DNA from: an uncultured virus (IMG/VR IMGVR_UViG_3300033066_000839)
Lineage: Duplodnaviria > Heunggongvirae > Uroviricota > Caudoviricetes
Virus record (IMG/VR): IMGVR_UViG_3300033066_000839
Strand: one strand, 5' to 3'
Length of the DNA stretch: 64,000 bases
The position numbers were made by a program, and so were the translations under genes. This document shows positions 46,411 to 55,958 of the stretch, piece by piece. A model generated the notes under the pieces. It saw nothing but the letters and a program-made list of their open reading frames with translations, ran no database searches and was not told the DNA's origin. Numbering within the stretch: the first letter of the stretch is position 1; the number at the start of each line of letters is the position of its first letter.

Positions 46411-46925
46411 AAGATAAAGCATTCAAAGTATATTCTGAATTGCCAGCATGGGCAAAGGGTGTGACAGCTATTGTTGTGGTAGCTGGTGTCGCCTTTATAG
46501 GATATAAACTATATCGTAAGTTCAACCCTTCCGAAAAAGAAAAGAAAAATAAGCAGCTATTAAATGATATTGACAATGAGATAGCCGCTTTCAGAAATAG
46601 AGGCATGAAGCCATCATATAGTAATGCCGCTTATGATTTAATGGCTGGGCAAATATATGAGGGCATGAGGCAGTGCGTTGGTGATGATTACACCTCCGTG
46701 CAAAACAACATGAAAAAAATGAAGAATGACCTTGATGTAGCTATGCTTATCAAGTCATACGGCATACGTCAGCTTTATTGTTACGGGATAAACGCTGGAG
46801 ACCCTAACGACTTATTCAGTGCTGTTCAGGCTGAATTAGGTAATGAGTGGGCAGGTCTTACTGCTTACAGGTTAAAAGACATTAACAGCGATTGGAAGAA
46901 AAAAGGTATTAGTTATACTTTATAA
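46407..46925 (+). CDS. Putative virion membrane protein with helical domain
   Basis: N-terminal TM. Confidence 0.65.
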   Translation: MKDKAFKVYSELPAWAKGVTAIVVVAGVAFIGYKLYRKFNPSEKEKKNKQLLNDIDNEIAAFRNRGMKPSYSNAAYDLMAGQIYEGMRQCVGDDYTSVQNNMKKMKNDLDVAMLIKSYGIRQLYCYGINAGDPNDLFSAVQAELGNEWAGLTAYRLKDINSDWKKKGISYTL

Positions 46926-46936
46926 AATATTTTGAC

Positions 46937-47515
46937 ATGGATTGCAACGAAAATGGCATGTTCTATGGTGTAAATACACCACTTACAGGAGAGGATTTTA
47001 CAAGCGCAGAAAGCGACTTTGCAAATGCTTCTGGGTTCTTAGGCATATTCCCTAACAAAGAAGACAGGGAGGCTAAGAAACAACTAAAGCAACGCCGCTC
47101 GGCTATGGAAGCTGAAAATAGGCGTGTGGCTTCTGTTGCGACTGAAGACGATGTTGTAAAACCATTAGGTTACAGAAAAATGTCTGTTGATGAAATCGTA
47201 GCACCTACCGTAGAGAAAGTAAAGCCTATATCCGTAACAAAAAACCTTGCGTATGCTAAAAAGGTTATGAACTCCAAGAACTTTTTGGATGACATACTCG
47301 ATAGCACTATCGTAGGTGGTGCAACCGCTGCTGCTACTATGGCAGATGCAGAAGCGGCAAAGCAGGAATCGGCGGCAAAAAAGCAACTGGGTATGATGCC
47401 AGATGAAGGCATGAAAGATAATACCATCTGGTGGATTATAGGAGGTGGTTTAGTAGCGGTTATTGCCGTTATAGCTATCGTTGCTTCTAAATCCAACAAA
47501 GGTGTAAAAAAATAA
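46937..47515 (+). CDS. Putative virion membrane protein
   Basis: MFYG leader, FANASG, C-terminal TM. Confidence 0.7.
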   Translation: MDCNENGMFYGVNTPLTGEDFTSAESDFANASGFLGIFPNKEDREAKKQLKQRRSAMEAENRRVASVATEDDVVKPLGYRKMSVDEIVAPTVEKVKPISVTKNLAYAKKVMNSKNFLDDILDSTIVGGATAAATMADAEAAKQESAAKKQLGMMPDEGMKDNTIWWIIGGGLVAVIAVIAIVASKSNKGVKK

Positions 47516-47518
47516 CTC

Positions 47519-47971
47519 ATGGACGTATTTGAAAGGGACATATTTTACGGCACTAAGCTGCACCCCAGCAAGGCGGAATACGCTAATGCTGATGGTTCTT
47601 CGATAACTACGGCTGGAGCGGAAATACAAAGTTCTGGTCTAAGAAAGACATTAAAGAACCTTAGCGACCAAGAGCAGGAAAAAAGAGCTAAAGCGCAGGG
47701 TGGTACTGCCCGTAGTAAAATATTGGGTGCTGGCGACCAAGTATCTGCAACACAAACGCAGACAATAGCTCCCGTTTCAGAAACGCCCGCACCTGCTCCC
47801 GTTCCAACTTCACAAGGACCGTTCTTAGGTACATTTCAGTTTCCACAACAGGGATATGATGATGGTACGCAGCAGTCTGGTGGTGGCGTGAGTAATCAAA
47901 CATTGATATTTATTGCCGTAGGCATTGCTGCTGTCGGTATGTTTTTATATTTAAGAAAACCAAAATCATAA
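47519..47971 (+). CDS. Putative virion membrane protein (MDVFE..FYGTKLHP family)
   Basis: Shared N-terminus, YANADG, C-terminal TM. Confidence 0.75.
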   Translation: MDVFERDIFYGTKLHPSKAEYANADGSSITTAGAEIQSSGLRKTLKNLSDQEQEKRAKAQGGTARSKILGAGDQVSATQTQTIAPVSETPAPAPVPTSQGPFLGTFQFPQQGYDDGTQQSGGGVSNQTLIFIAVGIAAVGMFLYLRKPKS

Positions 47972-47975
47972 GGTG

Positions 47976-48530
47976 ATGGACGTATTTGAAAAAGGAAATT
48001 TTTACGGTACAAAACTACACCCGTCCAACTCCGCACAGGGAATACCTGATGCTGATGACTTTAGTAATTTTTTAGGGTTGGGTAATCCTGAAAAACGCGC
48101 TGCCCGTAAGCAGGCGAAAGCGGAAAAGAAACTTGAAAAAGCCGAACATGCTAACCCAAAGAAAGCAGCAAGGCTAAGAGCAGCAGCAGGTCGTAAGCTC
48201 GGTAAGGTGGAGAAAATAAACCAGCGTTATGGTCTTAACCCTCCGTCATCAAGCGTTGATGTAGGAACTCAAAATGAGAACGACTCGGTATTGAATACTA
48301 CCAATCCAATAGCCACCAGTCAGGCGGCAACTACGCAGGTAGCTGCAACCGCTGCAACTATAACTACCGAGCAACCGCAATATGCACCCATGTATGAAGA
48401 TACAAATTCTGGTAAAGCTCCTGTAGATTATACCAGAATGGCTATATATGGAGGCATTGGCTTGGCTACTATATTCGTGGTTGGTGTATTGCTCTCCAGA
48501 CAGGGAGAATTAAAGATGGCTAAAAATTAA
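47976..48530 (+). CDS. Putative virion membrane protein (MDVFE..FYGTKLHP family)
   Basis: Shared N-terminus, FSNFLG, basic segment, C-terminal TM. Confidence 0.75.
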   Translation: MDVFEKGNFYGTKLHPSNSAQGIPDADDFSNFLGLGNPEKRAARKQAKAEKKLEKAEHANPKKAARLRAAAGRKLGKVEKINQRYGLNPPSSSVDVGTQNENDSVLNTTNPIATSQAATTQVAATAATITTEQPQYAPMYEDTNSGKAPVDYTRMAIYGGIGLATIFVVGVLLSRQGELKMAKN

Positions 48531-48542
48531 AAATTCGTACTC

Positions 48543-49127
48543 ATGGACGTTTTTGAACAAGGAATATTTTACGGTACTAAGTTGCATCCCAACAAAGCAG
48601 CATATGCTATGGGGGATGAATATGCTAATGCTACTGGCGGTAAAAAGGCGCAGGGTAATTATGAGAGCGAATACCGTGCTAGGTACACATCAAAGAGTAC
48701 CATACCAGCTATGCGCAGCACCATTCAGGCTTTACAGGGTGATTTGGAGCGTGTTCGTGGTAAAAAGTGCCCTAAAGAGACACTTGGTAAAGCAATATTA
48801 ACAGGCGGTATCGCTAATCTGCCAGCAAGGAAATGCCATAGAGAGGTAGAAGCGCGTGCTAATGCTATATCCAATGTTATCAATGAATACCAAGACAGGC
48901 TTCAGGGTATGATTGATGATGAGAAAGCAAAAGCAGCGGCAAAAATTGAAGAGGATAAAAATAAAGCTATGCCGCTTGATACGCCCGTAACGGATATGAG
49001 TATGCAACCTCAAACGGAAAGCATGATACCGTCTGGCAGCGGTATGAATACTAAAACATTATTGCTTATAGGTGGTGGTGTTGCGGGGTTATTGATAATT
49101 GTAATGTTATTAAAAAAGCAAGGATAA
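48543..49127 (+). CDS. Putative virion membrane protein (MDVFE..FYGTKLHP family)
   Basis: Shared N-terminus, YANATG, C-terminal TM. Confidence 0.75.
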   Translation: MDVFEQGIFYGTKLHPNKAAYAMGDEYANATGGKKAQGNYESEYRARYTSKSTIPAMRSTIQALQGDLERVRGKKCPKETLGKAILTGGIANLPARKCHREVEARANAISNVINEYQDRLQGMIDDEKAKAAAKIEEDKNKAMPLDTPVTDMSMQPQTESMIPSGSGMNTKTLLLIGGGVAGLLIIVMLLKKQG

Positions 49128-49137
49128 AAATTAGTAT

Positions 49138-49728
49138 ATGGCTATTGACATGATTGAAGATAATGAATTGTCAGCGCTTGCGCCGATGCGTCAAAGCATT
49201 TTCCAGAATGACAATGTACGCCGTATGCCTAATCGCACGGGATTTGATACTTTGCAGCAAACGGAGTTTAATAACTTTTTGGGCATAGCCGAAGGTAATC
49301 GAAAAAAAGGGAAAGCCATTAAATCAAAAGACCCCGTTAGGGATTTCCCGTTTAATGAAAAAATGACTTGTGCCCAATTATCGGATATAGGAGAAAAGGT
49401 AGATGCTGAATTAAACGCTACTACACTTGAAAGTGGCAGCGGCTCTGCGTTTGTAAAGAAGTCATATGCTGAATATCTCGGTAAACTGAAGCGTCATAAA
49501 AATAATATTGATGCGCTTATGCGTGCAAAAAAATGTGACGAACAAACATCTTCGGCAGAGACACAAAGGGTAATAACCGAAAACGCCAAAGCGATACAGG
49601 CGGCACAGGGAGCAGCGGCTCTTCCGACACAGGGGAGCATGTTTGGCGGTAAGTCAAATTCTACTATCTTAGTAGTTGCGGGGCTTGGTGTAGCGGGGTT
49701 GCTAACATATATGATTATGAGAAAATAA
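49138..49728 (+). CDS. Putative virion membrane protein
   Basis: FNNFLG, C-terminal TM. Confidence 0.7.
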   Translation: MAIDMIEDNELSALAPMRQSIFQNDNVRRMPNRTGFDTLQQTEFNNFLGIAEGNRKKGKAIKSKDPVRDFPFNEKMTCAQLSDIGEKVDAELNATTLESGSGSAFVKKSYAEYLGKLKRHKNNIDALMRAKKCDEQTSSAETQRVITENAKAIQAAQGAAALPTQGSMFGGKSNSTILVVAGLGVAGLLTYMIMRK

Positions 49729-49735
49729 TTTACCA

Positions 49736-50317
49736 GTGATAAAAGCGATAAAAGTAACCAACAGCGAAAAAATAAAAACTATCGTCAGGCAGACATTTGA
49801 GGGAGATGATATTCTCTTTTTAAAGTATCACCTGATAAACAATGACAAGGCGCGTGCCATAGAAAAGACCACACAGCAAATACTTGACAGCCTTAAAGCG
49901 GAAAAAAAGTATGAGTTCTATGTTATGGTGGATGATGCCGACAATGAGATAGGATATTTTAGCGGTATGGTATACGGAGGGTTAAAAGTAGCCACTTCAA
50001 TACTTCATAGCTTTGGATTACAGGTAGCATATAGAAAAAAGGAAAATACTATAAGGTTATTTGAATTAGCAAAAGAAACACTCGGCGGCGCTTCTATGAC
50101 ATGTTTGCTGTTCCAGAAGAATACAAGAGCCATAAAGTCATGTTTTTTGTATGGGTTTGAGGAAATGGGAGCTGGAATACTTGATGAAAACAAAGAACCT
50201 TATACCATTTTAAAATTAAAGATAGATGCCAGTAACGATAATAGGTGTGGTTGTAGGCATTGTGACAACAGCGGTAAGTGCAAATCAGCAATCAAAGAAC
50301 AGGCAAGCGGCAGTTAG
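49736..50317 (+). CDS. GNAT-fold acetyltransferase-like protein
   Basis: EIGYF...FGLQVAYRK...KNTRAIKSCFLYGFE. Confidence 0.55.
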   Translation: MIKAIKVTNSEKIKTIVRQTFEGDDILFLKYHLINNDKARAIEKTTQQILDSLKAEKKYEFYVMVDDADNEIGYFSGMVYGGLKVATSILHSFGLQVAYRKKENTIRLFELAKETLGGASMTCLLFQKNTRAIKSCFLYGFEEMGAGILDENKEPYTILKLKIDASNDNRCGCRHCDNSGKCKSAIKEQASGS

Positions 50318-50576
50318 TGCTGCCAATGCACAGATAGTTGAAATGCGCGAAGCTCAAAAAAAAGAGCTTAAAGTTGGGAAACGCATAGCACGCAATCAGG
50401 ATTTGTCTAAGCTCATGGCGGAGGTAGCGAAAGGATATACCCAATCGGTACTCTCTGAAGAGCAGCAGGCTAAATTTGAAAAACTAAAACGGCAAAACCA
50501 GTTACTAATGGTAGCAGGGATTGCTCTGGCAGGTGTAAGCGTAGTTTATATGATAACGCATAATAAAAAGAATTAG
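50226..50576 (+). CDS. Putative virion membrane protein
   Basis: Hydrophobic N- and C-termini, coiled coil. Confidence 0.65.
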   Translation: MPVTIIGVVVGIVTTAVSANQQSKNRQAAVSAANAQIVEMREAQKKELKVGKRIARNQDLSKLMAEVAKGYTQSVLSEEQQAKFEKLKRQNQLLMVAGIALAGVSVVYMITHNKKN

Positions 50577-50579
50577 TAT

Positions 50580-50960
50580 ATGTTTGTTGATGATGACGAC
50601 TATATATATAAAAATGCCAGCGGCTTCGGTCAGTCTGGTGGCTATGATGCTATAGCAACTGTGGTATCGGGCGTGGCTGGTGGTTTATTGATGAATCAGC
50701 AGGCTAAAAAACAGCGTCAGGCGGAAATGGATATAGCGCAGGCGCAATTAGCGCTTCAAAAAGAACTTGGTCTGGCGGCTATTAAGTCACAGGCAGAAGT
50801 TGCCAAGCAACGTAATTTAACGGATTCCCTTACGTCACAAAGGACCGTAGTGGTATCGGGTGGTGGCAGCAATAGCGGCAAAACGATTATATATGTATTG
50901 GTCGGTGTTGCCATGCTGGGTGCTATTGGATTTTCAGTATATAAAATGAAGAAAAAATAA
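50580..50960 (+). CDS. Putative virion membrane protein
   Basis: YKNASG, C-terminal TM followed by KKK. Confidence 0.7.
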   Translation: MFVDDDDYIYKNASGFGQSGGYDAIATVVSGVAGGLLMNQQAKKQRQAEMDIAQAQLALQKELGLAAIKSQAEVAKQRNLTDSLTSQRTVVVSGGGSNSGKTIIYVLVGVAMLGAIGFSVYKMKKK

Positions 50961-50961
50961 A

Positions 50962-51447
50962 ATGAAGAAAGTACTATTATTTGGTGCGGGTTTTGGGCTA
51001 TTGGGCTTTGCTATATACAGATATGTCAAGGTTCAGCAACAGCTATTAAGTAAATTCAGCTACCGTATAGTAGGCTTTAACTTTGCCAAGTTTACCCTTG
51101 AAGAGATAACGGTTAGCCTGCGTATCAAGTTTATAAGCGATGCGGACCTAGAAGCCAAGATAGAGAGTGTATTCCTCAATATGTATGTGGATGACAGCCC
51201 AGTAGGATATATAAGCAATGACAATCCTTTTGTCGTTCCCGCTCATGGCAGCAGCTATATAGACCTTACCTTCAGCTTTAGCCCTAAACTTATACTAAGG
51301 AACGTGGTTAACGTGTCATTGGCTGGCTTTGGTTCAAAGGATATAAAATTCAACGTGGACGGATATGCAAAATTGCGTAGCGGGTGGATAAGCACAACAT
51401 TACCTGTAAAATATACAACTACGCTAAAGCAATATTTAGCTAAATAA
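50962..51447 (+). CDS. Membrane protein with LEA_2/WHy-like beta-sandwich
   Basis: N-terminal TM; VGYI...FVVPAHGSSYIDLTFSF. Confidence 0.6.
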   Translation: MKKVLLFGAGFGLLGFAIYRYVKVQQQLLSKFSYRIVGFNFAKFTLEEITVSLRIKFISDADLEAKIESVFLNMYVDDSPVGYISNDNPFVVPAHGSSYIDLTFSFSPKLILRNVVNVSLAGFGSKDIKFNVDGYAKLRSGWISTTLPVKYTTTLKQYLAK

Positions 51448-51474
51448 TTGTAATTTTATAAAAACGAGATAACA

Positions 51475-51873
51475 ATGCTAGATTCTATTTTAAAAGAATT
51501 TGAGAAAATAACATTTAAAGCATGTGAAAGACATGCAAGTTCTTTACAAGATGTTGTGACTAATGTGCAACTGGTACTTAGTTTGAACAGTGAAGCAGAA
51601 GTTGAATACACACTTTGCAGGAATTATAATCCTGACAAAAAAATCTCATTTTTAGAGATTCTTGGTGTTCGTATAGACTTTAAAGGGTATAGTATGATAG
51701 TGCCCCCCTTCATTCAAAAAACACTGTTGAGGTTAGCGCAGGATTATGGAGTAGATGAAAAGGAGTTGTTTGTAATGATAATTCCAACGGATGACATTAA
51801 GAGAACGAATGTAATTTGGGCATATGTAAAAGGGAAGCCTAAAGAACAAATAAAGATTGAAGACTTTTTTTAA
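51475..51873 (+). CDS. Hypothetical protein
   Basis: Co-oriented ORF. Confidence 0.6.
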   Translation: MLDSILKEFEKITFKACERHASSLQDVVTNVQLVLSLNSEAEVEYTLCRNYNPDKKISFLEILGVRIDFKGYSMIVPPFIQKTLLRLAQDYGVDEKELFVMIIPTDDIKRTNVIWAYVKGKPKEQIKIEDFF

Positions 51874-51883
51874 TTAATAATAT

Positions 51884-52153
51884 ATGCAAGTACATACAAG
51901 GACGATAACAGCAGGTAATAGTTTAGTTATTACACAAGCCCTCAATGTATTACAGATGAGTGTGCTCGTTAATGCTTCTAGTTCTGGAACAGTAACAGGC
52001 GATTTAACTATTGGGGGCGTTGCCTCTGCGGCTATTCCGCTTGATGTACAACAGGGGTTTTCGATTACCTCACCGCTTCCAAATAATCCGATATTTGGGA
52101 TAACGGTAGCATGTACTACGGGAACAATAGATGTAATGTTAGCAGTACAATAA
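51884..52153 (+). CDS. Small all-beta structural protein (penton/spike-base candidate)
   Basis: T/V/I/S-rich 89 aa directly before the fibre gene. Confidence 0.45.
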   Translation: MQVHTRTITAGNSLVITQALNVLQMSVLVNASSSGTVTGDLTIGGVASAAIPLDVQQGFSITSPLPNNPIFGITVACTTGTIDVMLAVQ

Positions 52154-52159
52154 TATACT

Positions 52160-53854
52160 ATGGCAGGATTTTTAGGCAGTAATGGTTTTTCATTCTTTTC
52201 TAACGGTGGTCCTCAAATACCATCGGGTATTATCACAGGTAGTGTTAGTCCGTCTTTTGTGCCATATGCTAATGGTGCGAACACGCTGGCTAATACCGCA
52301 ATGACTTGGGATGCCGTTAATAATAGAATCGGTATCAATAACGCTACGCCAGCACAGGCGCTTGATGTTACAGGTAGCCTTATCGTAAGCGCCAATATAT
52401 ATACTTCTCTTACGCAGGGTAGTGTTGCCTTTATTGATGGCTCTGGGTTGCTTACTCAAGATAATGCTAACTTTTTTTGGAATAATACCAGCAAACGTCT
52501 CGGAATAGGCACTGCCTTACCTACTTTCAAATTAGATATACATGGTACTGGAATATCGCTCGGCGTAAATGGCACAACTACCAATGATGCCTATATGGTA
52601 TTTCAAAATGCAGGCACATCTAAATGGAGGCTCGGAAATACATATAGTGCTGCCGCTAACTATTTTAGCATATACGATACTACAAATTCCCTAGACAGGC
52701 TTACTATACTTAGCAGCGGGTTTGTGGGTATAGGTACAAGCACCCCAAGCGTATTGTTACATGTAAATAGTGCCGCATCACCAGCTTTCAGGCTGGTAGA
52801 TACTACGCAAGGCGCTAATAAGGTACTTATATCCGATGCTAATGGTAATGCCAGTTGGAGTGCATTATCTGGCTTAAACATACCTACGGGTACTGGCGCT
52901 GCTGGGCAGTCTACATTCTGGACTGGCACAAATACGTTATCTGGTGATAATGCGTATTTCTGGGATAATACGAATAAAAGACTGGGTATAGGCACGGCAA
53001 CTCCGAGCGTATCTCTTCATATCAACAGTGCGTCATCGCCAGCATTCAGGCTGGTAGACGGTACGCAGGGTGCTGGTAAGCTCTTGCAATGCGATGCCAA
53101 TGGTAACGCTGCGTGGGCGGCGCTAAGTTCTATATTTGGCAGTGGTACTACAAACTACGTACCGCGATTTACGGCTGCTACTACTATCGGTAACAGTACG
53201 ATGCAGGATGACGGTTCTAATCTTGGCGTGGCGACAGTACCGAATGTAGCCTATACTATGGACGTAGGTGGCACGGTACGTATACAGCAAAGTGTTACTA
53301 TGGTTGCCTCTGGAAACTATTATGTAGGTATAGGCATTGCTCCAAGCTCAAACGGCAGGTTGAATGTGTATGCCAACTCTATAACGGGTATATACATTAC
53401 TGGTAACTCTACGGCACAAAAGGGTATAGACTTAAACGGTACAAAACTTGCAATGGCAACCTATTCTGGTAATGTTTCATATCTGCAAACAGATGTTGGT
53501 GGTGGTAATATGGATATAAAATCACTAGGTAATATTGCTTTATATCCAGACATTCTAACATCAGCATCCGCATTTGCTAATATCGCCTTGTATGGTAGTG
53601 GTGGCGCTGGATATTATTCTTCTCTAGGCGTTGGTGCTGTAGTAGCTGCTGGGGATTTGGTTGCGGGTAATGCCCCTAATGCTGGCGCTCAAGGTAGCGG
53701 TAGTTTATATACCGTAGACCCCGCGACTGGCGCTAAAAATACCAACGGATGGCAAATGGGTAATGTTACCGCTGGAGCAGTAGTCCTTGATACTACAAGA
53801 TATGTACGTATTGACATTGGTAACGCACTAATAAAATTTCTAATAGCTCCTTAA
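52160..53854 (+). CDS. Spike/fibre receptor-binding protein
   Basis: Repeated (R/V)xGIGTxxPxxxLxV and FWxNTxKRLG units; internal ~50-aa duplication; G/T/N-rich. Confidence 0.75.
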   Translation: MAGFLGSNGFSFFSNGGPQIPSGIITGSVSPSFVPYANGANTLANTAMTWDAVNNRIGINNATPAQALDVTGSLIVSANIYTSLTQGSVAFIDGSGLLTQDNANFFWNNTSKRLGIGTALPTFKLDIHGTGISLGVNGTTTNDAYMVFQNAGTSKWRLGNTYSAAANYFSIYDTTNSLDRLTILSSGFVGIGTSTPSVLLHVNSAASPAFRLVDTTQGANKVLISDANGNASWSALSGLNIPTGTGAAGQSTFWTGTNTLSGDNAYFWDNTNKRLGIGTATPSVSLHINSASSPAFRLVDGTQGAGKLLQCDANGNAAWAALSSIFGSGTTNYVPRFTAATTIGNSTMQDDGSNLGVATVPNVAYTMDVGGTVRIQQSVTMVASGNYYVGIGIAPSSNGRLNVYANSITGIYITGNSTAQKGIDLNGTKLAMATYSGNVSYLQTDVGGGNMDIKSLGNIALYPDILTSASAFANIALYGSGGAGYYSSLGVGAVVAAGDLVAGNAPNAGAQGSGSLYTVDPATGAKNTNGWQMGNVTAGAVVLDTTRYVRIDIGNALIKFLIAP

Positions 53855-53865
53855 TATTTGATTAA

Positions 53866-54123
53866 ATGGAAATATCAATAAAACCAACCAAGTTTTTTTA
53901 TAACGGCAAAATGATTGATTGCAATTTGCTGACCATAGAGTGTACACGCGATAATTTCAGTGATACTGCTGATATATATTATGGTATAGGGACAGAACAA
54001 ATAAAGGGTGCTGTTCAGGGCTCATTGACTATAAGCGGCAATGATTATAAGGATTGGAACGTGCAGCCAGATGCAAATACTTGGATAGCTAATTGGGTTA
54101 TGAAACAATTAAGCCTGAAATAA
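53866..54123 (+). CDS. Fibre-associated hypothetical protein
   Basis: GSLTISGNDYKDW...WVMKQL; follows fibre gene. Confidence 0.6.
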   Translation: MEISIKPTKFFYNGKMIDCNLLTIECTRDNFSDTADIYYGIGTEQIKGAVQGSLTISGNDYKDWNVQPDANTWIANWVMKQLSLK

Positions 54124-54187
54124 CTTTTTTACAGGATATGCTGTTTTAATTAAATTGATTATTTTTGAATTATAAAAGCGATAAAAA

Positions 54188-54484
54188 ATGAGCGACAAAC
54201 TTAAAATTGATTTGAATGTGCCCTTAATGGGTCTTGATGGCAAGAAAGCACAGGGAGATGATGATGCTACATTAGGTAAATATCTTGGAGTTGCATTGGT
54301 GCAAAGCACTAAGGGAGACCCTATAAAGATGTATATATGGGCACAAAAACTATTTAAGGGAGAGGCTATTGAAGTAGATAAAAGCGATAAGAAAACAATT
54401 GAAAATTTTGTAAATGAGCATGATTCTTTGACGAATTTGGCTAAGGCGCAGATATTGGAGATTTTTTACGCTGTAAAGGGTTAA
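54188..54484 (+). CDS. Hypothetical protein
   Basis: Co-oriented ORF with promoter-like TATTTTTG upstream. Confidence 0.65.
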   Translation: MSDKLKIDLNVPLMGLDGKKAQGDDDATLGKYLGVALVQSTKGDPIKMYIWAQKLFKGEAIEVDKSDKKTIENFVNEHDSLTNLAKAQILEIFYAVKG

Positions 54485-54485
54485 C

Positions 54486-54749
54486 GTGTCGGGCTTGAGA
54501 ACTTCCATCACTGGTGCGATTGCTTTCAAGCTACGGTATAATGTGCATAATAACGGTAAAGAGTTTTTTTGGCGAGTTTTTTTATCAGTAAATAACAGAC
54601 CAGAGATTATGTATTATGTTAATTCGATAAACTGCTTAGTACCTACGTTCTCCTATGGAGAAAATATTGACGGCACTTTGCATTTTAGCATGGCTGGAAA
54701 CTGTAGTTCTTTTACGATTGATAATGATAATAATGCAATTTTAAAATAA
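54486..54749 (+). CDS. Hypothetical protein
   Basis: GTG start; co-oriented. Confidence 0.5.
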   Translation: MSGLRTSITGAIAFKLRYNVHNNGKEFFWRVFLSVNNRPEIMYYVNSINCLVPTFSYGENIDGTLHFSMAGNCSSFTIDNDNNAILK

Positions 54750-54789
54750 TTCAGTGGCGGCTAATAATTCAAATACATAACTTTTTAAT

Positions 54790-55236
54790 ATGCAAAAGCA
54801 ACATAAAGGGCAGTTTTTAATATTCGCTGGCATACTCACGGTATCGCTGGCGGCTTGGTTTATATATCGTAAGCTGAAAAAGAATAAAGAAGCGGCGCTA
54901 ACATCGGGCGGTTACGGCGGCTATTCTGGCTCTGGCAGTACTTCAGCACCCAAAGGCTCTTTCCCTCTTAAAAAGGGTAGCTCTGGTGCTTTAGTGAAGC
55001 AATTACAGCAGGCGTTACTGGCGCAGGGTGGTAAACTTCCTAAGTACGGTGCTGACGGTAAATTTGGAAGCGAAACGGAAGCCGCACTTAAATCCCTTTA
55101 TAAGAGCACTTCAGTTACGGACCAAACCATGTTTGACTATATAACTAAGTTGTCGGGTAAGAATCCGAGCGCTGGCAGTGGTCTCGACTATCCTATAAAT
55201 AAACCATATGTTGATAGCATAGGGCTTAAATTTTAA
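54790..55236 (+). CDS. Membrane protein with peptidoglycan-binding domain (PG_binding_1)
   Basis: N-terminal TM; FPLKKGSSGALVKQLQQAL...GADGKFGSETEAAL. Confidence 0.85.
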   Translation: MQKQHKGQFLIFAGILTVSLAAWFIYRKLKKNKEAALTSGGYGGYSGSGSTSAPKGSFPLKKGSSGALVKQLQQALLAQGGKLPKYGADGKFGSETEAALKSLYKSTSVTDQTMFDYITKLSGKNPSAGSGLDYPINKPYVDSIGLKF

Positions 55237-55247
55237 TACTCAATACA

Positions 55248-55580
55248 ATGGCAAATGATTTTCGCAGGAAAAATTTAGCAAATGACTTGGAGGGTAGTAT
55301 AGAATACCTTGCCAATGCGGAGGCGCAATATCCTACGGGTAAAGAGTATTTTATAGAAAACCGTAAAAAACTACAGCAAATACTTAATCTGGTAATGGAT
55401 GAGAGCAAACCATTAACGGACTCCATATATAATGATGCTTATGACAGGCTTAGAATAGCTAAAGAAGATGAGCTTAAATTCCATTGGCATCAAGATAAGT
55501 ATAAAGTATTTTTGTATGCTGGTATGGCTGTGCTTGGGTTGGCAGGATTGTATTACTGGAATAAAAACAGGAAACGATGA
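55248..55580 (+). CDS. Protein with C-terminal TM
   Basis: Hydrophobic C-terminus with basic tail. Confidence 0.65.
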   Translation: MANDFRRKNLANDLEGSIEYLANAEAQYPTGKEYFIENRKKLQQILNLVMDESKPLTDSIYNDAYDRLRIAKEDELKFHWHQDKYKVFLYAGMAVLGLAGLYYWNKNRKR

Positions 55581-55957
55581 TAAGCGAGAATACTAAAAAG
55601 GCATTATTTTATTTTAGTGTGGCATTTATTTTATTCTGGGTTATAAAGCCCAGAAATAGAAAGTCGTTTGAAATGGGCAAGACGGATATGTCAGAGCCAG
55701 ACCCCAAAGACAGGGAGAAGATTCAACCGCCTACCATGAGTGCTAAGGACGCTAAAAAGAACCCTACAGCGGCAAAGGCATTTACTGCCTTACGTGCATA
55801 TATAGAAGCCTATAATGCTGGTGAGCCTCAATCGGCGCTCGATGAGCTTAATGAGCTTACAGGTAAGGAAATAGGTATGAAGGTGTACAGGCGCAGGGGT
55901 GACAATAAACTTGTTGTAAAAGACATGTCTGGAAAGGACATAATTGTAAATAATTAA
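55577..55957 (+). CDS. Protein with N-terminal TM
   Basis: ATGA coupling. Confidence 0.65.
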   Translation: MISENTKKALFYFSVAFILFWVIKPRNRKSFEMGKTDMSEPDPKDREKIQPPTMSAKDAKKNPTAAKAFTALRAYIEAYNAGEPQSALDELNELTGKEIGMKVYRRRGDNKLVVKDMSGKDIIVNN

Positions 55958-55958
55958 A

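Noticed and set aside
44084..50960. Reading the xNAxG motif as an N-glycosylation sequon
   Set aside because: Only NAS/NAT instances fit N-x-S/T, whereas NAD, NAG, NAI and NFL do not. The conserved positions are the aromatic residue, N and G.
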